From positions 277,156-341,155 of the forward strand of contig JBAYIT010000001.1 in NCBI GenBank assembly GCA_041665485.1: a DNA stretch of 64,000 nucleotides. Direction: 5' to 3'. The notes under the pieces were generated by a model. That model searched no databases. It saw only the letters and a list, made by a program, of their open reading frames with translations, and had not been told where the DNA came from. Shown here piece after piece: positions 55,054 to 64,000 of the stretch. The stretch is from Candidatus Shapirobacteria bacterium. GTDB lineage: Bacteria; Patescibacteriota; Microgenomatia; UBA12405. Within the stretch, counting starts at the first letter, position 1. Every line of letters begins with the position of its first letter. A program made the position numbers and the translations under genes.

Positions 55054-55562
55054 ATTTTAAATATTGTCCCTTTTGTGCCATGGAACTGGATAATGCTGGT
55101 ATTTATCCGGTGTGTCATCGATGCAACCAGACGTTTTATAGAAATTCAAAACCGACAGCAAGTGTGATAATAGTGAAAGATGGTAAGGTTTTGTTACCGA
55201 CGAGGGCAAAGGAGCCATATAAGGGAGCTTTAGATGTGGTGGGTGGATTTTTGGAGTTTGGAGAGCATCCAATTGACGGAGCAATTCGTGAAGTTAAGGA
55301 GGAGACAGGGCTAGATGTTGAGTTGGTAAGGATGTTGGGAATCTACATGGATGGTTACGGCGAGGAGGATTGTAGTACTTTGAACATCCATTATGTTGGT
55401 AGAGTGATAGGAGGAGAGTTAACTCCTAGTGAAGATGTTTTGTCCCTTAATTGGGTAGAAATTGAGAAATTAGAATGCAATCAGGGATCAAAGAATACAA
55501 GAGAGGCTATTAGGGATTTTAAACACTATTGGCTATTTGAAGGTGGTAAAGATAACTGGTAG
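55050..55562 (+). CDS. NUDIX hydrolase with N-terminal zinc ribbon (NudC-like)
   Basis: CPFC...CHRC then Nudix box GGFLEFGEHPIDGAIREVKEETGL. Confidence 0.75.
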   Translation: MNFKYCPFCAMELDNAGIYPVCHRCNQTFYRNSKPTASVIIVKDGKVLLPTRAKEPYKGALDVVGGFLEFGEHPIDGAIREVKEETGLDVELVRMLGIYMDGYGEEDCSTLNIHYVGRVIGGELTPSEDVLSLNWVEIEKLECNQGSKNTREAIRDFKHYWLFEGGKDNW

Positions 55563-55565
55563 TAT

Positions 55566-56147
55566 ATGTTTATGAAAGTATATTTTTCGGGTTCAGCTTT
55601 TTATAGAGATGATTACTTGGCTATTTACAAAAAAATAAAATTAACATTGACCGGGTTGAGTTTGACGGTTTTGGGGAATATTGTTGAACTATCTACGAGT
55701 GATTATAATAATTGGACGAATGATAATCGAGTGTCTAATTATAAGCAAATATTAAAGTGGGTTGATCAGTGTGATTTTGCGGTGATAGAGTCTTCTTTTC
55801 CATCAACGTTGCATGTAGGTCATGAAATAAGCTTGTTGTTAGATAAAGGAAAGCCGGTCATTGGAGTCTATAAAAATGGTCATGAGCCAAAGATGTTTAT
55901 GGGTATCCATGATGATCGGATTAGATGGGTGGGGTATAGAAATGAGGCGGATATAGAGAAAATACTAAAGGAGGCTGTAATTGAAGCCAAGAAGAACATG
56001 GATGTCAGATTTAATTTTTTTGTTTCCCCAAAAATTTTAAATTATCTTGATTATGTGGCGAAGAATAGGATGATTCCGAGGGCGGTATTTTTGAGAGATC
56101 TGATTGAGAGGGAAATGAAAAAGGATAAGGATTTTGCTGAACAGTGA
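55566..56147 (+). CDS. Hypothetical protein: nucleoside 2-deoxyribosyltransferase-like N-terminal fold + RHH-like C-terminus
   Basis: KVYFSGSAFY...CDFAVIESSFPSTLHVGHEISLLLDKGKPVIGV (NDT-like D...GTxxExG pattern); C-term PRAVFLRDLIEREMKK. Confidence 0.35.
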   Translation: MFMKVYFSGSAFYRDDYLAIYKKIKLTLTGLSLTVLGNIVELSTSDYNNWTNDNRVSNYKQILKWVDQCDFAVIESSFPSTLHVGHEISLLLDKGKPVIGVYKNGHEPKMFMGIHDDRIRWVGYRNEADIEKILKEAVIEAKKNMDVRFNFFVSPKILNYLDYVAKNRMIPRAVFLRDLIEREMKKDKDFAEQ

Positions 56148-56848
56148 TTGATTATTTAGATAAAGGCAAGGGGGGGGAGGTGGTGGTGTGGTTGCATGGC
56201 TGGGCTAAGGGTTACAGCAAAGAGAAATATCAAGAGTTGATTGATAAGTTGAGTGAAAAATACCGGGTGATAGCTTTAGATTTTCCCGGATTTGGGGGGT
56301 CGTCTTTGCCGCCAAGACCTTGGGGTGTAGATGATTATGCTGAATCAGTGGCTATTTTTCTAAAAAAGATGAGAGTTAAAGAGTATGTGTTGGCGGGGCA
56401 TTCTTTTGGAGGAAGGGTGGCGATAAAAATGGCAGTTAATAAGAATAATAAGATTAAGAAAATAATTTTGGTGGATAGTGCGGGAATTGAGAGAAAAGGG
56501 ATGGTAGTTAAATTAAGATTAGTGTTGGCAAAGTTGGTGCCGGAGAAATTGAAAGCTGTCATTGGAGGTAATCTGGGGGCAAAAGATTATCGGGAAACAA
56601 CCGGAGTAATGAGAGAAAGTATGAAATTAGTGGTGGAGGAAAATTTAGAAAAATATTTGCCAAAAATTAAGACATCAACCCTCTTGGTGTGGGGAAAAAA
56701 TGATGGTTTGACGCCATTATGGCAGGGAAAATTAATGAATCGGCTTATCGAGGGCTCGAAACTGGTGATTATTCCAGACGCGAATCACCGTTTACCGCTC
56801 GATTGGGTGGCAAGATTGGCCAAAGAGATGGTAGAATTTATAGGATGA
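56144..56848 (+). CDS. Alpha/beta hydrolase (esterase/lipase-like)
   Basis: VVWLHGWAKGY...ALDFPGFGGS...VLAGHSFGGRVAI (GxSxG)...DANH. Confidence 0.7.
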   Translation: MIDYLDKGKGGEVVVWLHGWAKGYSKEKYQELIDKLSEKYRVIALDFPGFGGSSLPPRPWGVDDYAESVAIFLKKMRVKEYVLAGHSFGGRVAIKMAVNKNNKIKKIILVDSAGIERKGMVVKLRLVLAKLVPEKLKAVIGGNLGAKDYRETTGVMRESMKLVVEENLEKYLPKIKTSTLLVWGKNDGLTPLWQGKLMNRLIEGSKLVIIPDANHRLPLDWVARLAKEMVEFIG

Positions 56849-58155
56849 TTAATATTTTGGGGTTAGTATTGTTCTTGCATCAGTGGTTGTATTGGTGTTT
56901 TTGGTGGCAGACTAAAGAATATCGGCGGGATCGGATGTGGTCAATGTTTCGGGTTGAGTGGATGGGAATGTTAACAGGGCAATTTGATATCAGACAGTGG
57001 TGGCGGCCAAAGTGGACAGCCAGGGCAGTGATGATGGTGGCTTTGGGGGTGATAGTGTGGCCAGTAGGATTGATTTTGGGAATAGTGTTGGCGCCGGTGT
57101 TGGCCGGTTTGGTTAACTTGATGGTGGCGCCGATATTTGTAATAGAAAAGAGAAGAATGATAAAGAGGGCAAGAATCAAGATGGAAAAGTTTAGGGGTCA
57201 AGTAATTGGAATAACGGGGAGCTATGGCAAAAGTTCAACTAAGGAAAAAATTACCTGGGTGTTGGCGGGAAAATATAAAATTGTAAAAACACCGAGGAAT
57301 TATAACTCATTGATAGGGGTGGCAAAGACTATTTTGGAAGAAGTGAAGGGGGACGAAGATTTTTTTGTGGTGGAGATGGGGGCATACAAAAGAGGGGAAA
57401 TTAAGGAAATTTGCGATTTGGTAAAACCAAAGTATGGCATAGTGACCGGGATTGGAGACCAGCATTTGGATTTGTTTGGCAGTTTGGAAAATATCAGATT
57501 GGCAAAAATGGAGCTAATTGAAGCCTTGCCAAAGAATGGCTTTGGGCTAGTGGCGGAAAGAGATTTTAAGGGAGAAGAGGCAAGTAAGATTAAACAAGAA
57601 ATTGAGGGAGTGTCGTTTGAGTATTTGGGGCAGAAATTCTGGCTACCAATTAAGGGAGTGAGTAAGGTTCGGAATGTAATGGGGGTGATTAAATTGGCTC
57701 TTAATTTGGGAATAAATTTAAAAGAAATCTCTTCTCGGCTGAAAACTTTTCCGGCAGAAGAATTGCATCCATTATTAACTAAAGTCAGAGGTAATTATTT
57801 GTTGGACGATAGTTATAATATTAGTGTCGAGTCGGCGTTATCGGTGTTGAAATACATGGAGATATTTTCTGGGTATAGAAAAATGGTGATTACTTCGGGA
57901 TTGTTGGAGATCGGAAAGAGATCGGCTGAGGATCATAGAGTCATTGGTGGAAAAATGGTGGGGTGCAGGGTGGTGGCAACTAATAGTAAATGTTATAACG
58001 AATTAAAAGATAGCTGTCAGTGTGAACTTATTACTACTTCAGAGAAAATACGGGAAATGGTGGCAAAGTGGCTTTTGGAAGACAAGGGATTGGTGTTGTT
58101 TTTGGGGAGAAGTTTTAGTGGTTTAATTAAGATGATAAAAGATGATTTCAATTAA
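56845..58155 (+). CDS. murF: Mur-ligase family protein, MurF-like, with N-terminal multi-TM segment instead of the usual N-domain
   Basis: GQVIGITGSYGKSSTKEKI (Mur ligase P-loop), DDSYNISVESALSVL (cf. MurF DDSYNANP); first ~130 aa are hydrophobic helices. ATG 56845 overlaps previous stop (ATGA). Confidence 0.6.
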   Translation: MINILGLVLFLHQWLYWCFWWQTKEYRRDRMWSMFRVEWMGMLTGQFDIRQWWRPKWTARAVMMVALGVIVWPVGLILGIVLAPVLAGLVNLMVAPIFVIEKRRMIKRARIKMEKFRGQVIGITGSYGKSSTKEKITWVLAGKYKIVKTPRNYNSLIGVAKTILEEVKGDEDFFVVEMGAYKRGEIKEICDLVKPKYGIVTGIGDQHLDLFGSLENIRLAKMELIEALPKNGFGLVAERDFKGEEASKIKQEIEGVSFEYLGQKFWLPIKGVSKVRNVMGVIKLALNLGINLKEISSRLKTFPAEELHPLLTKVRGNYLLDDSYNISVESALSVLKYMEIFSGYRKMVITSGLLEIGKRSAEDHRVIGGKMVGCRVVATNSKCYNELKDSCQCELITTSEKIREMVAKWLLEDKGLVLFLGRSFSGLIKMIKDDFN

Positions 58156-59323
58156 CTTAACCCCAAATTTTTCCTTGGAGGAGGTGGATTATGCCAAGAG
58201 GGTACTGGCTAATAAAGAAGGTGGAGTGGAGCCAGAAGTAATTGAAAAAAAAATAGAGAAGTATTTGGGTGGGTGGGTGAGAGTGGTGGATAGCGGGCGG
58301 GCGGGCATGTGGCTTCTAATGAAAGCATTGGGGTTGTGGCCCGGTGACGAGGTAATAATTCAGGGATTTACTTGCTCTGTGGTGCCAATGGCGATGATGG
58401 CGGTGGGAGCGAGGCCGGTATATGCCGATATTGATGAAAATTATAATTTGGACCCAGAAAATTTAGAGAAATTAATTACCAAAAAAACCAAGGCGGTGGT
58501 AGTGCAACACACTTTTGGAACTCCAGCAAAAATTGACGAAATTCAAGCAATTTGCGATAAACACAAAGTGTTATTAATTGAAGATTTGGCTCATGGTTTG
58601 GGAGGGAGCTATAGAGGTAGGAAACTGGGAACATGGGGGCAGGTAGCGGTGTTAAGTTTTGGCCGGGATAAAGTAATTTCGGGAGTATGGGGTGGAGCTG
58701 TGACGGTGGCAGATCATAAAATCGGCGAGGCTTTAAAATTAAATTTAAGATGTCGTGATGTGAATTGGGCAAAAAGACAGATGAGATATGTGGTACGGAT
58801 GGATTGGATAAAGAAAAATTATGATTCGGGCTGGGGTAAATTAGTTCACTTGGGATTGAGAAAATTAAAACTAGTTGATGATGCAATAACTTTGGGGGAG
58901 AAACAAGGAAGAATGGGGGAGATTTATGGTGGATTGCCAAAACCACTGTTGGGATTAATAAATTTGCAATGGGAGAAAATGGAAAAAATGATTACGAGAA
59001 GAAAGGAAATTGCAAAATATTATGCCGAACGTTTAGGAATTAAATTTAATGATGAAGCGACCTATTTGAGATTTACGGTGGAGAGTTTGAGGGCGGATGA
59101 ATTAAGAATAAAGGCGGCCTCGGAGAACTTATTTTTGGGTGATTGGTATTCACAAGTAGTGGCACCGAGGAGTGTTGATCCGGCTGATTTTGGTTACGTG
59201 AAGGGTAGTTGCCCGGTGGCCGAGGCAAAAGCTAAAGTGGTAATTAATTTACCGACAAATCCGAGCTTGACAGACGAAGAAGTGGAAAAAGTTATAAAAT
59301 GGTGGCAGGAAAATGGAAATTAA
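58142..59323 (+). CDS. DegT/DnrJ/EryC1/StrS-family PLP-dependent sugar aminotransferase
   Basis: ...DEVIIQGFTCSVVPMAMM...LIEDLAHGLGGSY...AVLSFGRDKVISG (PLP-lysine region). Confidence 0.7.
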   Translation: MISINLTPNFSLEEVDYAKRVLANKEGGVEPEVIEKKIEKYLGGWVRVVDSGRAGMWLLMKALGLWPGDEVIIQGFTCSVVPMAMMAVGARPVYADIDENYNLDPENLEKLITKKTKAVVVQHTFGTPAKIDEIQAICDKHKVLLIEDLAHGLGGSYRGRKLGTWGQVAVLSFGRDKVISGVWGGAVTVADHKIGEALKLNLRCRDVNWAKRQMRYVVRMDWIKKNYDSGWGKLVHLGLRKLKLVDDAITLGEKQGRMGEIYGGLPKPLLGLINLQWEKMEKMITRRKEIAKYYAERLGIKFNDEATYLRFTVESLRADELRIKAASENLFLGDWYSQVVAPRSVDPADFGYVKGSCPVAEAKAKVVINLPTNPSLTDEEVEKVIKWWQENGN

Positions 59324-60329
59324 AGAGGTTTCAGATAAACAAGTTTGGGATGGGTTTGTGACTAGTTGCTCTGACTATACCTTTGTGGCGGGTTGGAGTT
59401 GGGGGGAGATTAATAAGAAAGATGGAGAAAAGGTGTTTCGATTGGGCTTGTATCAAGAAGAGGAGATATTGGGAGTGGCGCAAGCGATAACGATTAGTGC
59501 TAGGCGGGGGAAGATTTTGTTTGTGCCCCATGGGCCATTAATTAAAGATGATTTTGAAAAGAAGTTTGTTGAGTTTAAAAATTATCTATTTGGCTTAGCT
59601 AAAAGAGAAAAATGCGTTTGTTTGAGGATAAGTCCGTGGTTAATAGATAGTGAATCAAATCGAAGAATGTTTAAGACCAATGGGTTTATCGATAGCCCAA
59701 GTATTATGCATGCCGAAGATACGTGGCTGGTTGATGTTACCGGGACTGAAGAGGAAGTGATGAGCAGAATGCGAAAAACAACTCGAAATTTAGTTAGAAG
59801 AGGGGAAAGAGAGGGAATTAAAATTTCCCAGAGCCAAGAACTTGAAGAGGTGGAGCATTTGTACGAGCTACAAATGGAGGTGGTGAAGAGAAATAATTTT
59901 GTGCCGTTTTCAAAAAGATACCTAAAGTTGGAAATGGAGGAGTTTTTCAAGAACGACGAGGCGGTGTTGTTTTTAGGGGGAGTGGGGAATGATATTAGCG
60001 GGGTGGCGCTGATTGTGTTTTTGGGCAAAAGGGCTTTTTATTATCAGAGTGGGTCTAAAGAAACAAAAGAGCCGGTGAATTATCTGTTGCAGTGGCGGGT
60101 GATTCAGGAGGCGAGAAAGCGAGGGTGTACGATTTATAACATGTGGGGAATTGCGCCGGAAAATGTGCCAAATCACCCTTGGCGAGGGCTAACGATTTTT
60201 AAAACCGGATTTGGTGGCGAGGCGAAAAAATATATGCATGCCCAAGATTTGCCAATAAGCTGGCAGTATCACCCATTACGTTTGATTGAAAAAATTCCTA
60301 AGAAGTGGAGACAAAAAGTAAAAATTTGA
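59313..60329 (+). CDS. FemAB-family peptidoglycan interpeptide-bridge aminoacyltransferase
   Basis: ...SCSDYTFVAGWSWGEI...ILFVPHGPLI...YLLQWRVIQEARKRGCTIYNMWGI. Confidence 0.65.
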   Translation: MEIKEVSDKQVWDGFVTSCSDYTFVAGWSWGEINKKDGEKVFRLGLYQEEEILGVAQAITISARRGKILFVPHGPLIKDDFEKKFVEFKNYLFGLAKREKCVCLRISPWLIDSESNRRMFKTNGFIDSPSIMHAEDTWLVDVTGTEEEVMSRMRKTTRNLVRRGEREGIKISQSQELEEVEHLYELQMEVVKRNNFVPFSKRYLKLEMEEFFKNDEAVLFLGGVGNDISGVALIVFLGKRAFYYQSGSKETKEPVNYLLQWRVIQEARKRGCTIYNMWGIAPENVPNHPWRGLTIFKTGFGGEAKKYMHAQDLPISWQYHPLRLIEKIPKKWRQKVKI

Positions 60330-60363
60330 TTAATTTGAGAAGTGGTGTTAATCTAGGTTTCAG

Positions 60364-61449
60364 GTGAGAGATAAAAAGGCAGGGGTTTTGTCGGTATCTT
60401 TTGGCTTTGTTGGGGCGTTTGTTGGGGCCGGTTTTATCTCCGGTCAAGAATTGGTTCAATTTTTTATCAGGTTCGGAGTTGGCGGTTGGTGGGCATGGTT
60501 GGCAACGGTGGTGATAATTAGTTTGGGCGGAGGGTGGTTATTGGGATGGATTGTGGAGAGAAAATACGAGTCATTTAAAGAAATGAGTGAAGATTTCTTT
60601 GGTTTAAAGTGGTCGAAAGTGGTATCGGCCGTGATTGGGGGGTATTTGGCAGGAGGGTTGATGATTATGTTGTCTGGAGCAGGAAATTTAGTAGAAGAGT
60701 TGCTAGGAGTAGAAATGTTTTGGGCGGTGTTACTGGTAGCTGGATTGATGCTTTTAGTTATCCTGGGGGGAGGAGAGAGAATGATGACGGTTAATCGATT
60801 ATTGGTGCCGGTTTTAATAATTTCGACTTTAGTGGCGACGGTTAGACTTTGTTGGAGTAGAAGTTGGGGTGGAATCGGAGAGGAAATTGTGATTAAAAAT
60901 CCGAGTCCAATGTTAATTAACCCGCTAGTTTCTTTTTTGCTATATATTGGCTACAACGCTTTGGGAGCGATAGTAGCGTTGATTAATATTGCCAGACAAA
61001 CAAAAAAAGGAGTTGGGGTGGCTGGAGGAGTTTTGGGTGGATTAATAATTTCGATTTTAGGGAGTTTATTAATGTTGGCGTTGTGGTTGACATATCCTAT
61101 TTGGAATCAAGCAGATTTACCGATAATGTGGGTATTGAGAGAAAATTGGCGATGGTTTTATTATTTGTTTGCGCCATCAGTTTTGGTGGCGATGTTTGGA
61201 GTGGCAACGGCTTATGCTTTGGGGATGTCAAAATATCTTAACTGCCAGTTCAAATTACCATTTCGGTTATGTTGTTTTTTGTTGGTCTTAGTATCAGTGC
61301 CGATTGCCACACTTGGATTTTCCCGTTTGTTGGGTATAATTTACCCGTTTTTTGGCATGATGGCGGTGGGAATTTTAGTAATGATGATAACTAAATTATT
61401 GATTAATAAAAATAGAAATTATGATAAACCATTTAATTCCATCAACTGA
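60364..61449 (+). CDS. Polytopic membrane protein (YkvI/transporter-like)
   Basis: 361 aa, ~10-11 TM helices, GTG start. Confidence 0.45.
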   Translation: MRDKKAGVLSVSFGFVGAFVGAGFISGQELVQFFIRFGVGGWWAWLATVVIISLGGGWLLGWIVERKYESFKEMSEDFFGLKWSKVVSAVIGGYLAGGLMIMLSGAGNLVEELLGVEMFWAVLLVAGLMLLVILGGGERMMTVNRLLVPVLIISTLVATVRLCWSRSWGGIGEEIVIKNPSPMLINPLVSFLLYIGYNALGAIVALINIARQTKKGVGVAGGVLGGLIISILGSLLMLALWLTYPIWNQADLPIMWVLRENWRWFYYLFAPSVLVAMFGVATAYALGMSKYLNCQFKLPFRLCCFLLVLVSVPIATLGFSRLLGIIYPFFGMMAVGILVMMITKLLINKNRNYDKPFNSIN

Positions 61450-61726
61450 CGGTTCTCGCTCGGTTTTTGAACAGCAAGTTTGGGTGAGGAGAGACGATGG
61501 TGGAATTTTGTCTTCTGGGTTTGTCGTAGGTGATAGTCCGAATGATTTGTGTTTAGTGGTTGACGGAACAGCGGTTGGTCAAGGTTCTCTTGGTTTTCGA
61601 GCGACACAGGAATCTGGTAGGCAGATGACAACGGCCTTTGTCAAGGTGTTGGGCTATGAAGACATTGTTTTATGGCAGGTACCTTTGCCGGAAAGGCGTT
61701 TGGCGGGGGCGGAAAGACGGGGGTAG
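61421..61726 (+). CDS. Hypothetical protein (weak)
   Basis: 101 aa ORF overlapping the previous gene end; antisense ORF of similar size exists, coding status uncertain. Confidence 0.25.
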   Translation: MINHLIPSTDGSRSVFEQQVWVRRDDGGILSSGFVVGDSPNDLCLVVDGTAVGQGSLGFRATQESGRQMTTAFVKVLGYEDIVLWQVPLPERRLAGAERRG

Positions 61727-61738
61727 TTTGCGTTAGAG

Positions 61739-61963
61739 TTGGTAAAATGCTATACTAAATTAGTTATGACAAGCGAGGTTGTTGGGCAAGGGAGACTGCC
61801 CAACTTGTTTTTTTTGGAATTAAGAGAAAGAATTGGTGTTCTTCGAAAAAGGATTCCAAGTAGGGCAGATATAAATAGATGGCTTGATGTTGAGGTTGGG
61901 GGTCAAATGGGAAAAGTTGAAGATTTGCTTCCAAAATGGATGTTGCGGAGGCATTTTAACTAA
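61739..61963 (+). CDS. Hypothetical small protein (weak)
   Basis: 74 aa ORF, ATG start. Confidence 0.25.
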   Translation: MVKCYTKLVMTSEVVGQGRLPNLFFLELRERIGVLRKRIPSRADINRWLDVEVGGQMGKVEDLLPKWMLRRHFN

Positions 61964-63323
61964 AAACTTCTTCAGCCCGGAGGGCGAGGCCTTGGGCGAC
62001 GGCGGTAAAGTGGTCGGAGGTGACTAGTTTTTGTTGAGTAAAAATTTTGGTGATCATGTCAATAAAAATCGGGATTTGAGAGGAGCCACCGGTGAGAATA
62101 ACTTGATCGATATTTTCCGGTTTGAGGTTGGCAAGAGATAAAGAGTCAAAAATACACTGGCGGGAGTCTTGGAGATCGTCGGCGATAGAATGCTCAAAAT
62201 CGGAGCGGGAGATGGGCTCTTGAATAGATAAACCGGGGCGGGAAAAGTCGAATAACTCTTGGGCGGTAGAAGAGAGGTTTATCTTGGTTTGGTCGATAGT
62301 ACGGAAAAAGTCAAATCCATAGTCGTTGTTAATTAGGTTGATTAGATTTCGAACTAAGGCGGGGTTATTTGATTTAATGGCAAGATCTTCCAGATTGCCA
62401 ATGTTCTTGACAGTTTTTTGAAGAGTAGTCTGATACCAGGAATTAAAGGCGGAAAAATGGTGGCGGGGGAAAGGCATTTTACCGTTGATAATAGTATTGG
62501 CGCCAAAATAATGAATTACTTTTGATTTAATTAAGTGACTATTGAGAAGATCGCCACCAATAGGGCGACCGGAAACAGCAATAACTTTCTTTTCGGGAAA
62601 TTTCATAATGCAAACGTCGAGGGTGCCGCCACCGAAATCAAAAACAAGAATCTTTTGATTTTTGACTACATTTAGACCATAGTTAAGGGCGGCGCCAACC
62701 GGCTCAAATTCAAAGTGGATATTTTTAAACCCCGATTTTTTAGCAATTTTTGTCATACGGTTGATGGCTGTTTTGTCTTGGGAAGAGCCAACGTAGCGGA
62801 CGGGACGGCCAATGACGACCGATTCAAGGGAATGTTTAATTTGGGATTCGGCCCGAATTTTAATTTGGGAGAGAAGAATGGTGAGGAGATCCTCGAGGGA
62901 ATAAAACTGTTCAAATATTTTGGTGCCGGTAAAAGAAGAACTGGTTAGAACAGATTTGAGGGATTGGAGAAGGCGACCACGGCCACTATCATCGACTTCG
63001 ATAATTTCAGGAACAAAAATTGGTGGGCCAACACCGCTACCGGTGGATGGGCCAAAAGTTTTAATAAAACGGCCGGTGTATTTGAGCCGAAGAGGTTTTG
63101 AGGGGAAGTTTTTTAGATCGTTGAGGTAGTGGCTGATGGCATCGGAGCTAAGAAAGTATTGGTTTTGGGGGTTGAAATAAATAAGAGATTTGAAGACGAA
63201 AGGATTAGTGTTTTGGGGGTCGAGAGGAATACTTTGGGGGATTTTGCCGAGAGAAATGGAGAGAGAAGAATTAATGGTGCCAAAATCGATACCGCAATGA
63301 AGGGCTTTAGGGTGAACAGACAT
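61956..63323 (-). CDS. Hsp70-family ATPase lacking substrate-binding domain (YegD/actin-like)
   Basis: HCGIDFGTINSSL (phosphate-1), ILVFDFGGGTLDV (phosphate-2), VILTGGSSQIPIF (adenosine motif); 455 aa. Confidence 0.7.
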   Translation of the reverse strand: MSVHPKALHCGIDFGTINSSLSISLGKIPQSIPLDPQNTNPFVFKSLIYFNPQNQYFLSSDAISHYLNDLKNFPSKPLRLKYTGRFIKTFGPSTGSGVGPPIFVPEIIEVDDSGRGRLLQSLKSVLTSSSFTGTKIFEQFYSLEDLLTILLSQIKIRAESQIKHSLESVVIGRPVRYVGSSQDKTAINRMTKIAKKSGFKNIHFEFEPVGAALNYGLNVVKNQKILVFDFGGGTLDVCIMKFPEKKVIAVSGRPIGGDLLNSHLIKSKVIHYFGANTIINGKMPFPRHHFSAFNSWYQTTLQKTVKNIGNLEDLAIKSNNPALVRNLINLINNDYGFDFFRTIDQTKINLSSTAQELFDFSRPGLSIQEPISRSDFEHSIADDLQDSRQCIFDSLSLANLKPENIDQVILTGGSSQIPIFIDMITKIFTQQKLVTSDHFTAVAQGLALRAEEVFS

Positions 63324-63332
63324 GGTAAACGT

Positions 63333-64000
63333 CTATTTTACCACCAACACTTTGACTCCTGGGCCCATGGTGGCGCAAAGAGAAAGCCTCTTGATTTTTA
63401 CTGGACCAATGACTTTGATGAGTTCTTCAATGTTGGCAACTAACTCGGTTTCTTTTTGGGAAACTTTACCAACAATTTGATGAACAACCGGTGATTTTTT
63501 CTCGGTTTTAATGACGGTTTTGGCGGTGCCTAGCTTTTTGACAGCATCTTCGGGCTTGTCGGTGAGAGTGCCATTTTTTGGATTAGGCATTAAGCCTTTA
63601 GGGCCTAAGGTTCGGGCAAAAGGTAGGAGCTTTGGCATAGTAATGGGGGTGGCGATGAGAATATCAAAATCAATCTTGCCGGCTTTGATGTCAGCCAAAA
63701 CGGCGTCGTTAACAATAACCACTTTTTTCGTGGCAGTTTCCAAATGAGGAAAAGTAATTTCGCCACAGTTGCCGATTTCCAGAACGGTGACATGGGCTTC
63801 GACTTTACCGTCGAACTTGGAAAGAGAGGTTTTTTTAATTAATTCGACCGCCTCGGAGAGGGGATAGAATTTATTAACGTCGATTAGCTTCTTGGCGGCT
63901 AAATACTTTTTGCCACGGATTTTGGCAGTTTTAATAGTAGCTTCGACAGTTTCAGCAACTTCAGTTGTTTCGACTGGAGTAGCCTCGACTTTTTCTTCCG
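63333..64000 (-). CDS. rplA: 50S ribosomal protein L1 (partial; start beyond window end)
   Basis: Minus-strand frame open to nt 64000: ...IRGKKYLAAKKLIDVNKFYPLSEAVELIKK...GLMPNPKNGT...; stop at 63333-63335. Confidence 0.8.
   Translation of the reverse strand, partial: EEKVEATPVETTEVAETVEATIKTAKIRGKKYLAAKKLIDVNKFYPLSEAVELIKKTSLSKFDGKVEAHVTVLEIGNCGEITFPHLETATKKVVIVNDAVLADIKAGKIDFDILIATPITMPKLLPFARTLGPKGLMPNPKNGTLTDKPEDAVKKLGTAKTVIKTEKKSPVVHQIVGKVSQKETELVANIEELIKVIGPVKIKRLSLCATMGPGVKVLVVK

Noticed and set aside
56719-56848. Track start of the MurF-like ORF at 56719
   Set aside because: The first 42 codons overlap the preceding hydrolase gene in another frame. The ATG at 56845 (ATGA stop/start overlap) is the plausible start.

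Overview
This 64 kb window looks like it comes from a small-genome, CPR/Patescibacteria-like bacterium (standard code, TGA used as stop). It is dominated by one uninterrupted giant ORF (nt 1..29645, at least 9,863 aa, reading frame still open at the window's 5' edge). That ORF fuses a complete Ser/Thr phospho-signalling toolkit with two metalloprotease motifs, and ruvA-ruvB follow it directly. Recognisable domains are a calcineurin-like metallophosphatase, two FHA domains, a PP2C-like phosphatase, a protein-kinase-like domain, an M48 zinc protease, a second HExxH motif and three copies of a novel CxxC-helix module, set among several kb of coiled-coil sequence. Downstream lies an accessory stretch (about 31.2-42.7 kb). 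It holds vapBC and two brnTA toxin-antitoxin pairs, an excisionase-like HTH gene and three tandem GlsB/YeaQ-type mini membrane proteins. It also holds a gene-insertion hotspot marked by three direct copies of the 5' end of a 2-hydroxyacid dehydrogenase gene, plus an array of small ORFs separated by a 70-bp repeat. The rest is housekeeping: two paralogous sugar-1-P nucleotidyltransferases, EamA transporter, TrmB regulator, pyrG, rplL-rplJ, two GT-C glycosyltransferases, NUDIX, alpha/beta hydrolases, a MurF-like ligase with an unusual membrane N-terminus, DegT aminotransferase, FemAB, an Hsp70-like ATPase and partial rplA. No rRNA, tRNA or CRISPR was detected. The ORF track counts TTG/GTG as starts, so several starts were moved to internal ATGs.
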